A DNA stretch of 24,000 nt, from the NCBI GenBank assembly GCA_013816135.1, contig JACDEV010000005.1, positions 28,055 through 52,054 on the forward strand, read 5' to 3'. This DNA is from Patescibacteria group bacterium (lineage in GTDB: Bacteria; Patescibacteriota; Minisyncoccia; Phycocordibacterales; DATDWN01). This document shows positions 1 through 8,947 of the stretch, piece after piece (positions within the stretch are counted from its first letter, which is position 1; each line of letters opens with the position of its first letter). The position numbers and the translations under genes were made by a program. Below the pieces are notes generated by a model, which made no database searches, was not told the origin of the DNA, and saw only the letters and a list, made by a program, of their open reading frames with translations.

Positions 1-1359
1 TCCTATCAATTTGATGGATCGCTTGAGGAGTTCAAGTCTGTTGTTAACAAACGGAGTACTTGCTTGACATTCGGCAACGCCTTTTTTGAACGTGTATCCA
101 TCTGCGATCATCGAGTCCTTTGCTTTCTGAACATCAGCTTGATGATTTCCGTGCTTGGTTCCGGCATCAGATGGTGCTGGTACTCCAGGATCATTTCCGC
201 CACCAAGTTTAACATTATCAGTGGTACAGCTATCATTACCGCTTGCATCAGTCGTACAAACGGGAGTTTTTACGACTATTGGGCTCGTCGTGCAGGTGAC
301 TTCGCCTGGAGTGGTGTTTCCGTCTGCATCTCTAGAACCAGGTCCTGACGTACAAGAAGTCTGGCCTCCCGTAAATCTTCCGCCATTAGGATCTACCTGT
401 CTTTGTGGATTGTCGCGTAGTTGGTCGGTATAAGATTTCCCTGCAGAAGTTGAGGGGCTGCTCAAACCTCGCAATCCCCCAATCGCTTTGTTCATCAGTT
501 GTCCAATCAGAGCTCCAATAAGGTCTTGTATCTCATGAGCATTTACCAAGCCTTGGAGACCGGCCGGCAGTGCTTTGTCGAGCTGACCTGCGATAACGCT
601 TCCGGGAGTCTCAACTGTCTTTGCTCCTTTTACACAGTCACCGGCTTTTTTCCCTGCCAAGGCGTTATTCTCTCGTTTTAAATTACCTATTTCGATCAAT
701 CTTTCATTATCATCAATATCCTTCTGAGTTATCACTCCCGCAGCACTACACTTCTCGAAGGATAAGAATCCATTTCCTTGTTCCAGCTGTTTTTGTTTAT
801 TTTGTTGCTCAGTGCCTATTTTAATTGAGAGAGATTGTTTTGCTTCTAGATAGGATCCATAGGGATTATTTTGATCATTTTGAGTCACTTCTAACCACCC
901 CTGCCATCCTCCCGCACTGAAATCTCGCGTGAATTGATCATAATTGTTTTTAATTGTACTTAGGCTGCAAGAATAGTTTTCGTTGTCTGATAGATAGTTT
1001 TTAACGAGAGCGAGACGTACTTGAGCTTTGAATGGACTACAAAGTTTATTCAAGTCCGTACCTGACAGAACGTGAGAAGCGATATTATCAGCTGAATCTA
1101 GAAAAAACTGTCCAGGATCTGTAACATACGCAGGATTTCCTTGGAAACCAGAGTTTATCCAGTTTACAGTTTCGGCTGTTAGTTTTTCTACCATTTTCTG
1201 CGCGACTGCCTTGGCTATGAAGTTTCCCGCAAACGAGATGACTGACTGAACTACGTCAACATACTGAGCGTGAGTGGTTTGAGGAGCAATAAATAGTAAA
1301 GAAAACGAGATCGCCAGAATCCCTAAATATTTCTTCATTGAAGGTTTAAAAAAAGACAT
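1..1359 (-). CDS. Secreted hypothetical protein, 3'-truncated by the window edge (N-terminal 453 codons present)
   Basis: Manual minus-strand translation is open from ATG at 1359 (or in-frame ATG at 1338) to position 1 with no stop. It is absent from the ORF track because no stop lies in the window. N-terminus MKKYLGILAISFSLLFIAPQTTHA/QY looks like a signal peptide. The distal part (plus coords about 60-430) is Cys/Thr/Gly-rich and more GC-rich. The plus-strand track ORFs 64..348, 155..433, 499..681 and 621..824 are antisense to it. Confidence 0.6.
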   Translation of the reverse strand, partial: MSFFKPSMKKYLGILAISFSLLFIAPQTTHAQYVDVVQSVISFAGNFIAKAVAQKMVEKLTAETVNWINSGFQGNPAYVTDPGQFFLDSADNIASHVLSGTDLNKLCSPFKAQVRLALVKNYLSDNENYSCSLSTIKNNYDQFTRDFSAGGWQGWLEVTQNDQNNPYGSYLEAKQSLSIKIGTEQQNKQKQLEQGNGFLSFEKCSAAGVITQKDIDDNERLIEIGNLKRENNALAGKKAGDCVKGAKTVETPGSVIAGQLDKALPAGLQGLVNAHEIQDLIGALIGQLMNKAIGGLRGLSSPSTSAGKSYTDQLRDNPQRQVDPNGGRFTGGQTSCTSGPGSRDADGNTTPGEVTCTTSPIVVKTPVCTTDASGNDSCTTDNVKLGGGNDPGVPAPSDAGTKHGNHQADVQKAKDSMIADGYTFKKGVAECQASTPFVNNRLELLKRSIKLIG

Positions 1360-1427
1360 AGAAGTAACTTAATTATACACTAACTTGTCCTTTATAAACT
1401 ATCTATTTGTACACATTGAAATACTCG

Positions 1428-2252
1428 CTATATATTCTTGAATTTAAAATAAGCTTGTAGGTTAGTAAGGCTGGTTTGAAAGTTGATTGTATCGTTTGCA
1501 AACTGGTTTCCTACAGACAGACTTTTTACAGGATCAGTAAAAATTACCCTAAGAGCTTCAAGATCAGCAAGAACAGAACTAGCGCTATTTAATAGTGCTA
1601 AATGCATAGTCACAACATCTACTGGAACTTCCATTTCACTTAGACTTCTAACTATTCCCTTCCCTGTCACTATTAGTGGGTCTAGTTTTGACATCTCATT
1701 CTCGTTTGCAGATTGGGTGGCATTATTCAAAATTGTTACAGGATTCTGCACTTGATTCAGTTTCTCTATCACATCTGTTATTAGTTTTGCTTTATAATTC
1801 TTTACAGTATCCAGATTTGCATTTGAACTTATATTCAGGTTTGAACGTATATAGACAGGAGCTTTATTTTGGCTGTATTCAGGGTTCGCAAGAACATTTT
1901 GAACTATTTGAGCATTGGTTTCACTTGTTATAGTTTGACCTCCTTTTTTTGCAAGTAGATATTGGGAAAAATAATCCTTAGCTAGTTGTGCAGTTAAACT
2001 GGTTTCATCAAATGTGTTCGAGTTGTTGTTTGTTAGAATATTTGTCGAACTCTGATCTACTGAGGTTAGAATCTTTTTCCAGTCATTATTTGTAGAAAGA
2101 GCTGTGTTTCTAGGATTTTCTACAGAAACAGTGGCTGTGGTTTTTTGGGAAAGTTGGCCTACGGGTCTCGTAAATAACCAAACAGAAATTATACTACTCA
2201 TACAAAGGATGAGTATTACATATACACGAGACCAGTTTTTCTTTTCGGGCAT
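1428..2252 (-). CDS. Hypothetical membrane-anchored protein (single N-terminal TM helix)
   Basis: 274-aa ORF. Hydrophobic N-terminal segment VYVILILCMSSIISVWLF is followed by an Asn/Ser/Thr-rich soluble part. I recognise no family. Confidence 0.65.
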   Translation of the reverse strand: MPEKKNWSRVYVILILCMSSIISVWLFTRPVGQLSQKTTATVSVENPRNTALSTNNDWKKILTSVDQSSTNILTNNNSNTFDETSLTAQLAKDYFSQYLLAKKGGQTITSETNAQIVQNVLANPEYSQNKAPVYIRSNLNISSNANLDTVKNYKAKLITDVIEKLNQVQNPVTILNNATQSANENEMSKLDPLIVTGKGIVRSLSEMEVPVDVVTMHLALLNSASSVLADLEALRVIFTDPVKSLSVGNQFANDTINFQTSLTNLQAYFKFKNI

Positions 2253-2281
2253 GGTTTGATTATATCACAGCGGACTATGCT

Positions 2282-3919
2282 CTATAACGCATGCTTTGCT
2301 AACCAATATATAGCCAAGTATGAAAGTGCGATACAAGCAAGAAAAACAAATCTAAGGATAAAAATTGGTTTTTCTTTATATGGTTTTTTTGTTATCAGTC
2401 GATAGCTTATTATTGAAGCTGGAATGGCGAAAATATACAATAAATAAAAGGATAAAAATATAGGTACAAGTAAAATAGCCAATGCCATACATAAGCCTAT
2501 TATTATAGGTGCCCTGTTGCCAAATAATGTTCCAATAGTCATAACTCCTTCAGCTTTGTCCCCTTCTATATCTTTCATATCCTTGAAATTTATAGCCAAA
2601 GTAACGATTATTATTATTCCTACTGCAAGAAGTATCGGAAATACTTGTATTTCTTTATGAATAGAAACATAAAAGAATCCCGCAAGTATAGTAGAGAGGC
2701 ATGCAACACTTATAAGGAATGATGAGACGATTGGGAATCTTCGAAGCCGCAAGGGTGGAGCGGAATAAATATAAGAAGCCGCAGCATAGACCAAGGACAT
2801 GAAAAATGGATAAAAGCCAGCTGACCATGAACCAAACAAGGCAATTACTAGAAACAAAAATCCTATTTCGGACATTTCTTTTTCGCTTAATTCTTTTTTT
2901 ATAAGAGGTCTTTCTGTATTTGATATTTTGTCTATTTCTATATCAATTATGTCGTTCAAATGAACCGCATGCATCCATAAAGCAGTCCATGCAATCATGA
3001 GACAGATAAATCCTAGTGTGTCGATCCAGACGAATTTATTTCCAAGATCATTTATGTAGGCGTATCCAGCGCCGCAAGCAAGAGAAGCAAGATAAAAGTT
3101 CAGTCTTTCTGGTCTAGAATTTTTTACTACAGCCAAGAATTTTTGTGAATTTATTTTCCAAAACAAAATTCCTCCAAATATACATGAAATAATGAATAAT
3201 ATTTGAGACATTAGTTTATCGAAACCTAATTCAAAAAACCTGATATTTGATACCAACAAACTTCCCTCATGGAGTGTGTTATGTAATATATTCGAATTCA
3301 CAATCGTATTTTGGAAGTATGTGAGAATTTCGGAAACTCCTACTCCATGCAGATGGATAAGGGTATATAAAACACCAGGAAGACTTCCAAGAACAAATCC
3401 AAGTATGTATGTAGAAAGTGTAGTAAGAGAAGCTTTCAGGAGATTTTTTTCTGTTTTCCAAACAAAATAAAAAACGGAAATTAGAATAATAAGTATTTCT
3501 ACCCGAATGCCATAGGTTGCCCCTTGAGAAGCATTAGATCCAAAAAAAGTAAAAAAGTCATAAATAAGTCTTGATCCACTTTCAAAAACATAGGTCATTT
3601 TAAATCCTAATCCACGGCTTAAAAGAAGGTCAATTATTGGAGCAATCCATATAACAGGCAGACCAAAAAGAATTATTTTTGCGGACACTTGGTAATCTTT
3701 TGTCGAAAATCCTAGGATACAAATGGTTCCAAGAACGGTGGCAAGGAAAAATAATCCATAATGAACGAGAGTATATGGATCCGAAGTGATAACTCCGGTA
3801 GAGCTGTGGCTAGATAATGATTCGAAAATAAAACGTACGAACAATATACATACAAACGTGACCACCCAACCACTCAATGTCACCTTTTGATTTTTAATAT
3901 CTGTTATGAATTTTTCCAT
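2282..3919 (-). CDS. Polytopic membrane protein with a C-terminal UbiA-family prenyltransferase domain
   Basis: 545-aa ORF with many TM segments. The C-terminal half carries the two Asp-rich UbiA motifs: NDIIDIEIDKISNTERPL (NDxxDxxxD...RP) and DMKDIEGDKAEG (DxxDxxxD). The N-terminal ~250 aa form an extra multi-TM domain of unknown family. Confidence 0.75.
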   Translation of the reverse strand: MEKFITDIKNQKVTLSGWVVTFVCILFVRFIFESLSSHSSTGVITSDPYTLVHYGLFFLATVLGTICILGFSTKDYQVSAKIILFGLPVIWIAPIIDLLLSRGLGFKMTYVFESGSRLIYDFFTFFGSNASQGATYGIRVEILIILISVFYFVWKTEKNLLKASLTTLSTYILGFVLGSLPGVLYTLIHLHGVGVSEILTYFQNTIVNSNILHNTLHEGSLLVSNIRFFELGFDKLMSQILFIISCIFGGILFWKINSQKFLAVVKNSRPERLNFYLASLACGAGYAYINDLGNKFVWIDTLGFICLMIAWTALWMHAVHLNDIIDIEIDKISNTERPLIKKELSEKEMSEIGFLFLVIALFGSWSAGFYPFFMSLVYAAASYIYSAPPLRLRRFPIVSSFLISVACLSTILAGFFYVSIHKEIQVFPILLAVGIIIIVTLAINFKDMKDIEGDKAEGVMTIGTLFGNRAPIIIGLCMALAILLVPIFLSFYLLYIFAIPASIISYRLITKKPYKEKPIFILRFVFLACIALSYLAIYWLAKHAL

Positions 3920-4701
3920 TATATGACAATTGTTTTACAAAACTTAATCCATGTTTCAAGCGATATATCTTCTGCTCTGGCTTTTGGATCAAGATTTAAG
4001 ATGTCGAAAGCTTTCAAAAGCTTATCTTTTTTATATATCAGAGTGAGATTGGGAAGTAATTGTTTACGTTTGTGGGCAAAGCCAGCATGAATGACCTGGA
4101 AGAATACTGCTTCTCTAACATTTTGCAGTCTTTTTTTTGAGATTTTTTCTATGTATAACACAGCAGAGTCGACGTTTGGTTGTGGAGAAAAAGCTCCGCG
4201 ACCAACAGTTCGAACATAAATAGGATCACCGAAGGCTTTGACCGAGAGTGACAACAGACTTTCTTTCTTGTCCTTTGCCACAATGCGTTCCGCAACTTCT
4301 TTTTGGACAAGAAGGGTCATTGATCGTGGCTGATGGTCCGACTCGAGAAACATTCTGATTATCTGACCAGTAATATAATAAGGGATATTTGCCACTATCT
4401 TATACGGTCCTTCCGCAATATGTGGTATCTCAACATCCAATATGTCTGCGTGCACGATCTGAAGCTGTTTTAATGCTATCTCCTTCATAAAGCTTTTATG
4501 AAGTTCCGGAATAAGTCTGTCGTCCTTTTCTATTGCAATAACTTTCGCACCACTTTCTAACAATGCTTTAGTGAGGACGCCTTCCCCTGGGCCGATCTCT
4601 ATTACAATTTCATCTTTATCTATCATTGAAGCTTTGACGATATCGGAAATAATCTGAGGAGAGTTAAGAAAATGTTGCCCTAGTGATTTTTTGGTATGCA
4701 T
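3919..4701 (-). CDS. rsmA: 16S rRNA (adenine1518/1519-N6)-dimethyltransferase RsmA/KsgA
   Basis: 260 aa with LGQHFL near the N-terminus, SAM motif EIGPGEGVLT and NIPYYIT, all hallmark KsgA/RsmA motifs. Confidence 0.93.
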   Translation of the reverse strand: MHTKKSLGQHFLNSPQIISDIVKASMIDKDEIVIEIGPGEGVLTKALLESGAKVIAIEKDDRLIPELHKSFMKEIALKQLQIVHADILDVEIPHIAEGPYKIVANIPYYITGQIIRMFLESDHQPRSMTLLVQKEVAERIVAKDKKESLLSLSVKAFGDPIYVRTVGRGAFSPQPNVDSAVLYIEKISKKRLQNVREAVFFQVIHAGFAHKRKQLLPNLTLIYKKDKLLKAFDILNLDPKARAEDISLETWIKFCKTIVI

Positions 4702-4736
4702 TTTTCTAAGTGCTTAAAACTTTTTTATTATATAGA

Positions 4737-4808
4737 TAAATCATTATGTAAATCATTTATCATATATAAATCAGTAAGGTAAATCATAGTATAAATCATA
4801 GTATAAAT
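4737..4808. repeat. Array of 5-6 direct TAAATCAT repeats spaced about 12 bp apart, including tandem TAAATCATAGTA x2
   Basis: Copies start at 4737, 4749, 4767 (TAAATCAg), 4780 and 4792, with a degenerate copy at 4803. They lie in the intergenic region upstream of rsmA (minus strand). Confidence 0.6.
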
Positions 4809-4844
4809 ATAACATATAAACGCTACACCTGAACTATCTACCAC

Positions 4845-4884
4845 AATACGTTACAATCTTGCTATAGCAAGATTGTAACGTATT
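4845..4884. repeat. Perfect 40-bp palindrome AATACGTTACAATCTTGCTA|TAGCAAGATTGTAACGTATT (copy 1)
   Basis: Read directly; the reverse complement of one half equals the other half. It lies 50 bp downstream of the stop of the PaaX-like gene. A related copy is at 5518-5569. Confidence 0.85.
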
Positions 4885-4934
4885 GCCACCGATACGATCT
4901 AGGAATTTTATCGGTACTTTACCAAGAAAATCTA

Positions 4935-5504
4935 TTAAGAAAATCCGAAATAAGCTCTAACTGGTTTGTCATATTCCAAAGCTTCAACAATCATATATAG
5001 AATATCTTTACCTATTTTTAAGTCAGCTTTCAGTAAGGTTATCAAGTCTTCACAATCATATGGATAAATCCATACGCTGTCTTGGAGGCGCATAAATCCA
5101 ATCGATATGAGCGTATATCGTATGTGCTCGCGTATCGCTTTCTTTCCTTCTGGTATGTCGAAAATTAAAACTCGCCATTTACCATCCCATTTTTTCTTAT
5201 TATTTTTTAGGTTATCGTATAAATTTTCTCTAAGTAGATAAGTCTCACCTTTTTTGGTGATGCGTAGCATATTGTTGTGGTATTCCAAAAAACCCGCAAT
5301 GATCAATCTGTTTCTAGATGCATTAATAAATTCTTTTTGTCGTCCTTTTTCTAATAAACCTAATTTTTTCATAGCAACTAATACACCTGGTGCTATTAAA
5401 CTAACTCCAATTATTCCAGTAGTAGCAACTGTTCTCAAAATAATTTTTTTCAGATTAGCCTTACGATTTTTCTTTGCAATGTCCTTCTCTAAGTTTTTGT
5501 TCAT
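4935..5504 (-). CDS. PaaX-like (Cas2-fold C-terminal domain) putative transcriptional regulator with an N-terminal hydrophobic segment
   Basis: 189 aa. The block WDGKWRVLIFDIPEGKKAIREHIRYTLISIGFMRLQDSVWIYPYDCEDL matches the W-x-G-x-W-(hydrophobic)-x-FDIPE...R...L...GF...Q.SVW.(Y/H)P pattern of PaaX-family proteins common in small-genome bacteria. Confidence 0.65.
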   Translation of the reverse strand: MNKNLEKDIAKKNRKANLKKIILRTVATTGIIGVSLIAPGVLVAMKKLGLLEKGRQKEFINASRNRLIIAGFLEYHNNMLRITKKGETYLLRENLYDNLKNNKKKWDGKWRVLIFDIPEGKKAIREHIRYTLISIGFMRLQDSVWIYPYDCEDLITLLKADLKIGKDILYMIVEALEYDKPVRAYFGFS

Positions 5505-5517
5505 ATGTTTTTCTTAT

Positions 5518-5569
5518 AATCACCATACGTTACAATCTTGCTATAGCAGTATTGTAACGTATGGTGATT
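5518..5569. repeat. 52-bp palindromic element (19-bp perfect arms AATCACCATACGTTACAAT / ATTGTAACGTATGGTGATT), copy 2 of the 4845-4884 palindrome
   Basis: It shares the core ATACGTTACAATCTTGCTATAGCA...ATTGTAACGTAT with copy 1. It sits 14 bp upstream of the PaaX-like start codon (5504), in operator or promoter position. Confidence 0.8.
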
Positions 5570-5605
5570 TGTAATTCAATTTAATATTAACATTCAATCC
5601 TAATA

Positions 5606-7546
5606 TTAAAATTCAATTTTAAACAAAGGTTTTCTTGGAAATTCGCCAAGGAAAGTTTCTTTCTCTATGTATTTTTCAGGCACATCATCAATAAATTCAG
5701 ATCTTGAGTTTACTTCCATTGTACCATATATTGTCCGGGTTTGTGCATGTGTCAAGAAGAGCTTTTTGCCTGCCCTTGTGACCGCTACATAGAAAAGTCT
5801 TCTCTCTTCTTCACTATCTTCCCCTGATTTTTTTGCTTCCCCCATCCTTCTATGAGGGAAAAGATCGTTCTCTAATCCGCAGATGAACACAGTATGGAAT
5901 TCTAGCCCCTTTGATGAGTGCACCGTCATCAATTTCACTCCATTTTTGCCTCCATCCAATGCATCTTGATCAGAGGCTAAAGCGGTATCTGTCAGGAATT
6001 TTTCTATTCCCTCTTCTCCAGGATAAATATCATATCCTATTGCAAGTGTTACAAGTTCCATTATATTTTCCAATCGATCAGTGTCTTCTTCAAATCCGGT
6101 TTTGTACATATTCTCCATTCCGGAAGTTCGGATTATGTGTCGCAACGCATCGGATGGCTTTTCTTGAAGCAGTACATCTTTGAAATCCGAAAGCATCTTC
6201 CGGAAACTTGAGATTTTTATTTTTGTCGCTTCCGGAAGAACATCTTCTAGCCCTTGGATGATTTTTTGAAGAGTTACTTTACCTATTCCTCTTGGTGGTA
6301 TGTTGATGATCCTGGAAAAATCCGTAACATTTTCTGGATTGAGACTAGCTTTGATGAAGCTAACAGCATCTTTTATTTCCTTCCTTTCGAAGAATTTCGT
6401 GCCAAGCATTTGGTAAGCTACTCCATATGACATGAAAGCGTCTTCTAGTACTCTGGATTGGAAATTGGCGCGATATAAGACCGCCATATCCTCTGTGGAC
6501 TGCCCTTTTTCTATTAATTCCTTGCATTTCAAGGCGATGAAATGCGCCTCATCTATCTCGTTTCTAGCCTCAAATACCCCTATTTTTTCTCCCTCTTTGT
6601 TCTCAGTAAATAATTTTTTCGGAATCCTGAAATTGTTCTGTTCGATTATTTTATTTGCAGCACCCAAGATGTTTTTTGTTGAACGATAGTTCTGTTCCAA
6701 AAAAAAAGTCGATACTTCAGGATATGTCCTTTCAAAATGAAGCATGTTCTTTATTTCTGCTCCTCGCCAACTGTATATGTTCTGGTCAGTGTCCCCAACC
6801 ACGCAAATATTGCGATTTTTGCCAGCCAGTAACTCTACTATCTGGTTCTGGACTTTGTTTGTATCCTGATATTCATCGACATGGATATAGAGAAATCGAT
6901 CCTGATACTTTTTCAATACTTCAGGGTACTTCTCTAAAAGTTTCAAACTTTTCAACAATAGATCATCGAAATCAAGTGCATGTTCCTTTTTCAATACTTC
7001 TTCATATCTGGTCCAGGCTTTCTTCACAAGTTCTGAGGTGAAATCATAACTTCCTCTTTCGCCATATTCGGAAAGACTAACCCCTCTACCCTTTTCGTTG
7101 GATATAATGTGCCTGATTTTATCCAGATATTCCTTTGGATCGACTCCTACATATGACAGAGCATCTTTCAAGGCCTTTTTTGAGTCAGCGGTGTCAAAAA
7201 TATTGAAGTGTCTCGGCAGATTTAAAAGCGGAGCATTCTCTTTTATTATAAAAACGCCGAGTGAGTGGAAGGTGCTCATGAACGGCATGCTCCTTCGGAG
7301 ATGGACAAGATTCGGATCTTCTTCAATAAGATTTCTTACTCTTTCTCTCATTTCCTTCGCTGCTTTGTTGGTAAAAGTTATAGCCAGGATTCTTTCAGGA
7401 GAAACTCCGCTAGCAATAATGTGCAAAATGCGATGTGTAATGGTTTTGGTTTTGCCAGCACCTGCTCCAGCCACAATAAGTACTGGTCCTTCAACAGCTA
7501 AAACAGCTTTTCTTTGTTCAATATTTAGAGATTCAAGATAATTCAT
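5606..7546 (-). CDS. UvrD/PcrA/Rep-family ATP-dependent DNA helicase
   Basis: 646 aa. Walker A AGAGAGKTKTITHRI, helicase motifs DEYQDTN, QNYRST, VLYR, and TVHSSKGLEF near the C-terminus. Confidence 0.93.
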   Translation of the reverse strand: MNYLESLNIEQRKAVLAVEGPVLIVAGAGAGKTKTITHRILHIIASGVSPERILAITFTNKAAKEMRERVRNLIEEDPNLVHLRRSMPFMSTFHSLGVFIIKENAPLLNLPRHFNIFDTADSKKALKDALSYVGVDPKEYLDKIRHIISNEKGRGVSLSEYGERGSYDFTSELVKKAWTRYEEVLKKEHALDFDDLLLKSLKLLEKYPEVLKKYQDRFLYIHVDEYQDTNKVQNQIVELLAGKNRNICVVGDTDQNIYSWRGAEIKNMLHFERTYPEVSTFFLEQNYRSTKNILGAANKIIEQNNFRIPKKLFTENKEGEKIGVFEARNEIDEAHFIALKCKELIEKGQSTEDMAVLYRANFQSRVLEDAFMSYGVAYQMLGTKFFERKEIKDAVSFIKASLNPENVTDFSRIINIPPRGIGKVTLQKIIQGLEDVLPEATKIKISSFRKMLSDFKDVLLQEKPSDALRHIIRTSGMENMYKTGFEEDTDRLENIMELVTLAIGYDIYPGEEGIEKFLTDTALASDQDALDGGKNGVKLMTVHSSKGLEFHTVFICGLENDLFPHRRMGEAKKSGEDSEEERRLFYVAVTRAGKKLFLTHAQTRTIYGTMEVNSRSEFIDDVPEKYIEKETFLGEFPRKPLFKIEF

Positions 7547-7602
7547 TTCTGAGATTATAGCATTCTATTTTTCTAGGATTTTAAGCTGTGGGTAACTGCA
7601 TA

Positions 7603-7630
7603 TTGACCAAATGTATGAACTATATATAAT
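7603..7630 (+). promoter_or_regulatory. Sigma70-like promoter TTGACC-N16-TATAAT upstream of the M23 peptidase gene
   Basis: TTGACC at 7603-7608 and TATAAT at 7625-7630, about 140 nt upstream of the 7770 start. AT-rich background makes chance matches likely. Confidence 0.3.
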
Positions 7631-7769
7631 AGATAGATACTGTACTGAGTAGATAGAAATACGGCCATACATAGCCATATTTTAACATCCGATTTTCCGA
7701 ATATACGTTAAATTTTAGCTTATTTTAAGCACACAACAAGATCCGAAATTCAAACCAGGTCTTAAAAGC

Positions 7770-8852
7770 ATGAGTCGAAGATTTCGAGAGAAATCTCTTC
7801 ACATGGGATCAGGTAGAACATCGGTGAACATACTGACGTATTTGATCTTGAATCCAATACTATTTGCGTCAATTTTGGTGCCTTTCCAAGCCCAAGCAAG
7901 TATAGGATCCTTTTTTAGAGGCTTTTTTGCTCCTAGCCAAACTCAAGCAGAAGTAACATCAACTAATTCTCAAACAATGGCTTTGTTACAAGCTGCTATT
8001 TCTCCTGATCAGGAATCAAGCACGACTTCTGCAAAAGATACCCCTATTATAGAAGGAACATCCCTTTCTTCTGAAACATTTACTCTTACCCCTCCAGAAA
8101 CTAAAACTTTTGAAGACGATCAAATTAGTTCTTATGTTGTGCATGAAGGAGATACACTTCCAGCCATCGCAAAGATGTTCAATGTTTCCGTAAATACTAT
8201 TAGATGGGGAAATGATATTAAAGGAAATACCGTTACAGTTGGTCAGACCTTAGTTATTCTTCCAGTATCTGGGATTAAACATGTTGTAAAATCGGGCGAA
8301 AATCTACAAAGCATAGCTAAGCTTCATAAAGGAAACTTAGATGACATAATGCAATATAACAACTTAAGCAAAGACGCTAAGTTGGCAGTCGGAGATGTGA
8401 TTGTCATTCCAGACGGTGAATCAATTCAAGTAACTCCAAGTACCACAAAAATAAAAGTAAATGGTGTCGGTAAATTAAGTCCAAACATACCTCAGTATCT
8501 AGGTTATTTCCTTCGACCTATAATTGGTGGAATAAAAACTCAAGGAATACACGGTCACAATGGAGTTGACCTTGCATCTGCTTATGGATCAAACATTCTT
8601 GCTGCAGCGGAAGGTGTTGTTATAATTTCAAAATCTTCAGGGTTCAACGGAGGTTATGGTTCATATGTGGTTATTAAACATGGAAATGGAACTCAGACTC
8701 TATACGGTCACCTGAGTGGAACAGCTGTCAGTGCAGGTGATGAGGTGACACAAGGTCAATTAATTGGATATATGGGAAACAGCGGGCATGTTACAGGTGT
8801 GACGGGGATACATCTCCACTTCGAAGTACGTGGCGCTCGCAATCCATTTTAG
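7770..8852 (+). CDS. Secreted LysM-domain M23 family metallopeptidase (peptidoglycan hydrolase)
   Basis: 360 aa with a signal-like N-terminus (ILNPILFASILVPFQAQA). Two LysM-like repeats (YVVHEGDTLPAIAKMFNVSVNTIRWGN and HVVKSGENLQSIAKLHKGNLDDIMQYNN). M23 motifs HNGVDLA and GNSGHVTGVTGIHLHFEVR. An alternative start at 7803 is possible. Confidence 0.9.
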   Translation: MSRRFREKSLHMGSGRTSVNILTYLILNPILFASILVPFQAQASIGSFFRGFFAPSQTQAEVTSTNSQTMALLQAAISPDQESSTTSAKDTPIIEGTSLSSETFTLTPPETKTFEDDQISSYVVHEGDTLPAIAKMFNVSVNTIRWGNDIKGNTVTVGQTLVILPVSGIKHVVKSGENLQSIAKLHKGNLDDIMQYNNLSKDAKLAVGDVIVIPDGESIQVTPSTTKIKVNGVGKLSPNIPQYLGYFLRPIIGGIKTQGIHGHNGVDLASAYGSNILAAAEGVVIISKSSGFNGGYGSYVVIKHGNGTQTLYGHLSGTAVSAGDEVTQGQLIGYMGNSGHVTGVTGIHLHFEVRGARNPF

Positions 8853-8873
8853 AACTTCCAAATCTGGCGAACT

Positions 8874-8947
8874 CCTTGTTCCCAAATTTAAAATACTCGT
8901 CACCTTACAGGTGTAAGGCTCCTCATCTTTTAAATTTCACCACAAGG
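8874..8947 (+). terminator. Long imperfect three-tier hairpin downstream of the M23 gene (possible terminator or 3' structure)
   Basis: CCTTGT(8874)...ACAAGG(8947); AAATTTAAAA(8884)...TTTTAAATTT(8937); central CCTTAC-AGGT-GTAAGG (8903-8918). Only a weak T-run follows. Confidence 0.3.

Noticed and set aside
492-498. Additional CTGATGA matches on the minus strand (492-498 and 22634-22640)
   Set aside because: Both lie inside well-supported coding sequence. Neither is followed by a stem II hairpin plus GAAA, nor preceded by a stem I hairpin, so they are chance heptamer matches rather than hammerheads.
4737-4808. CRISPR array
   Set aside because: The repeats are only 8-12 bp with spacers of about 4 bp. 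That is far too short for CRISPR, and there are no cas genes in the window.
5254-7541. Plus-strand track ORFs antisense to the PaaX-like and helicase genes (e.g. 5254..5574, 6655..7041, 7098..7541), and similar antisense ORFs within comM, cca, xth and others
   Set aside because: Each is fully contained in a longer opposite-strand gene with clear family motifs. They have low-complexity or Ser/Leu/Phe-rich composition typical of antisense frames in AT-rich DNA.
7631-7769. Possible c-di-AMP (ydaO-type) riboswitch in the ~140-nt leader of the M23/LysM hydrolase gene
   Set aside because: Such riboswitches often precede cell-wall hydrolase genes. This leader is very AT-rich, and I could not find the GC-rich conserved ydaO blocks. 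Only weak repeated ATCCGA motifs are present.
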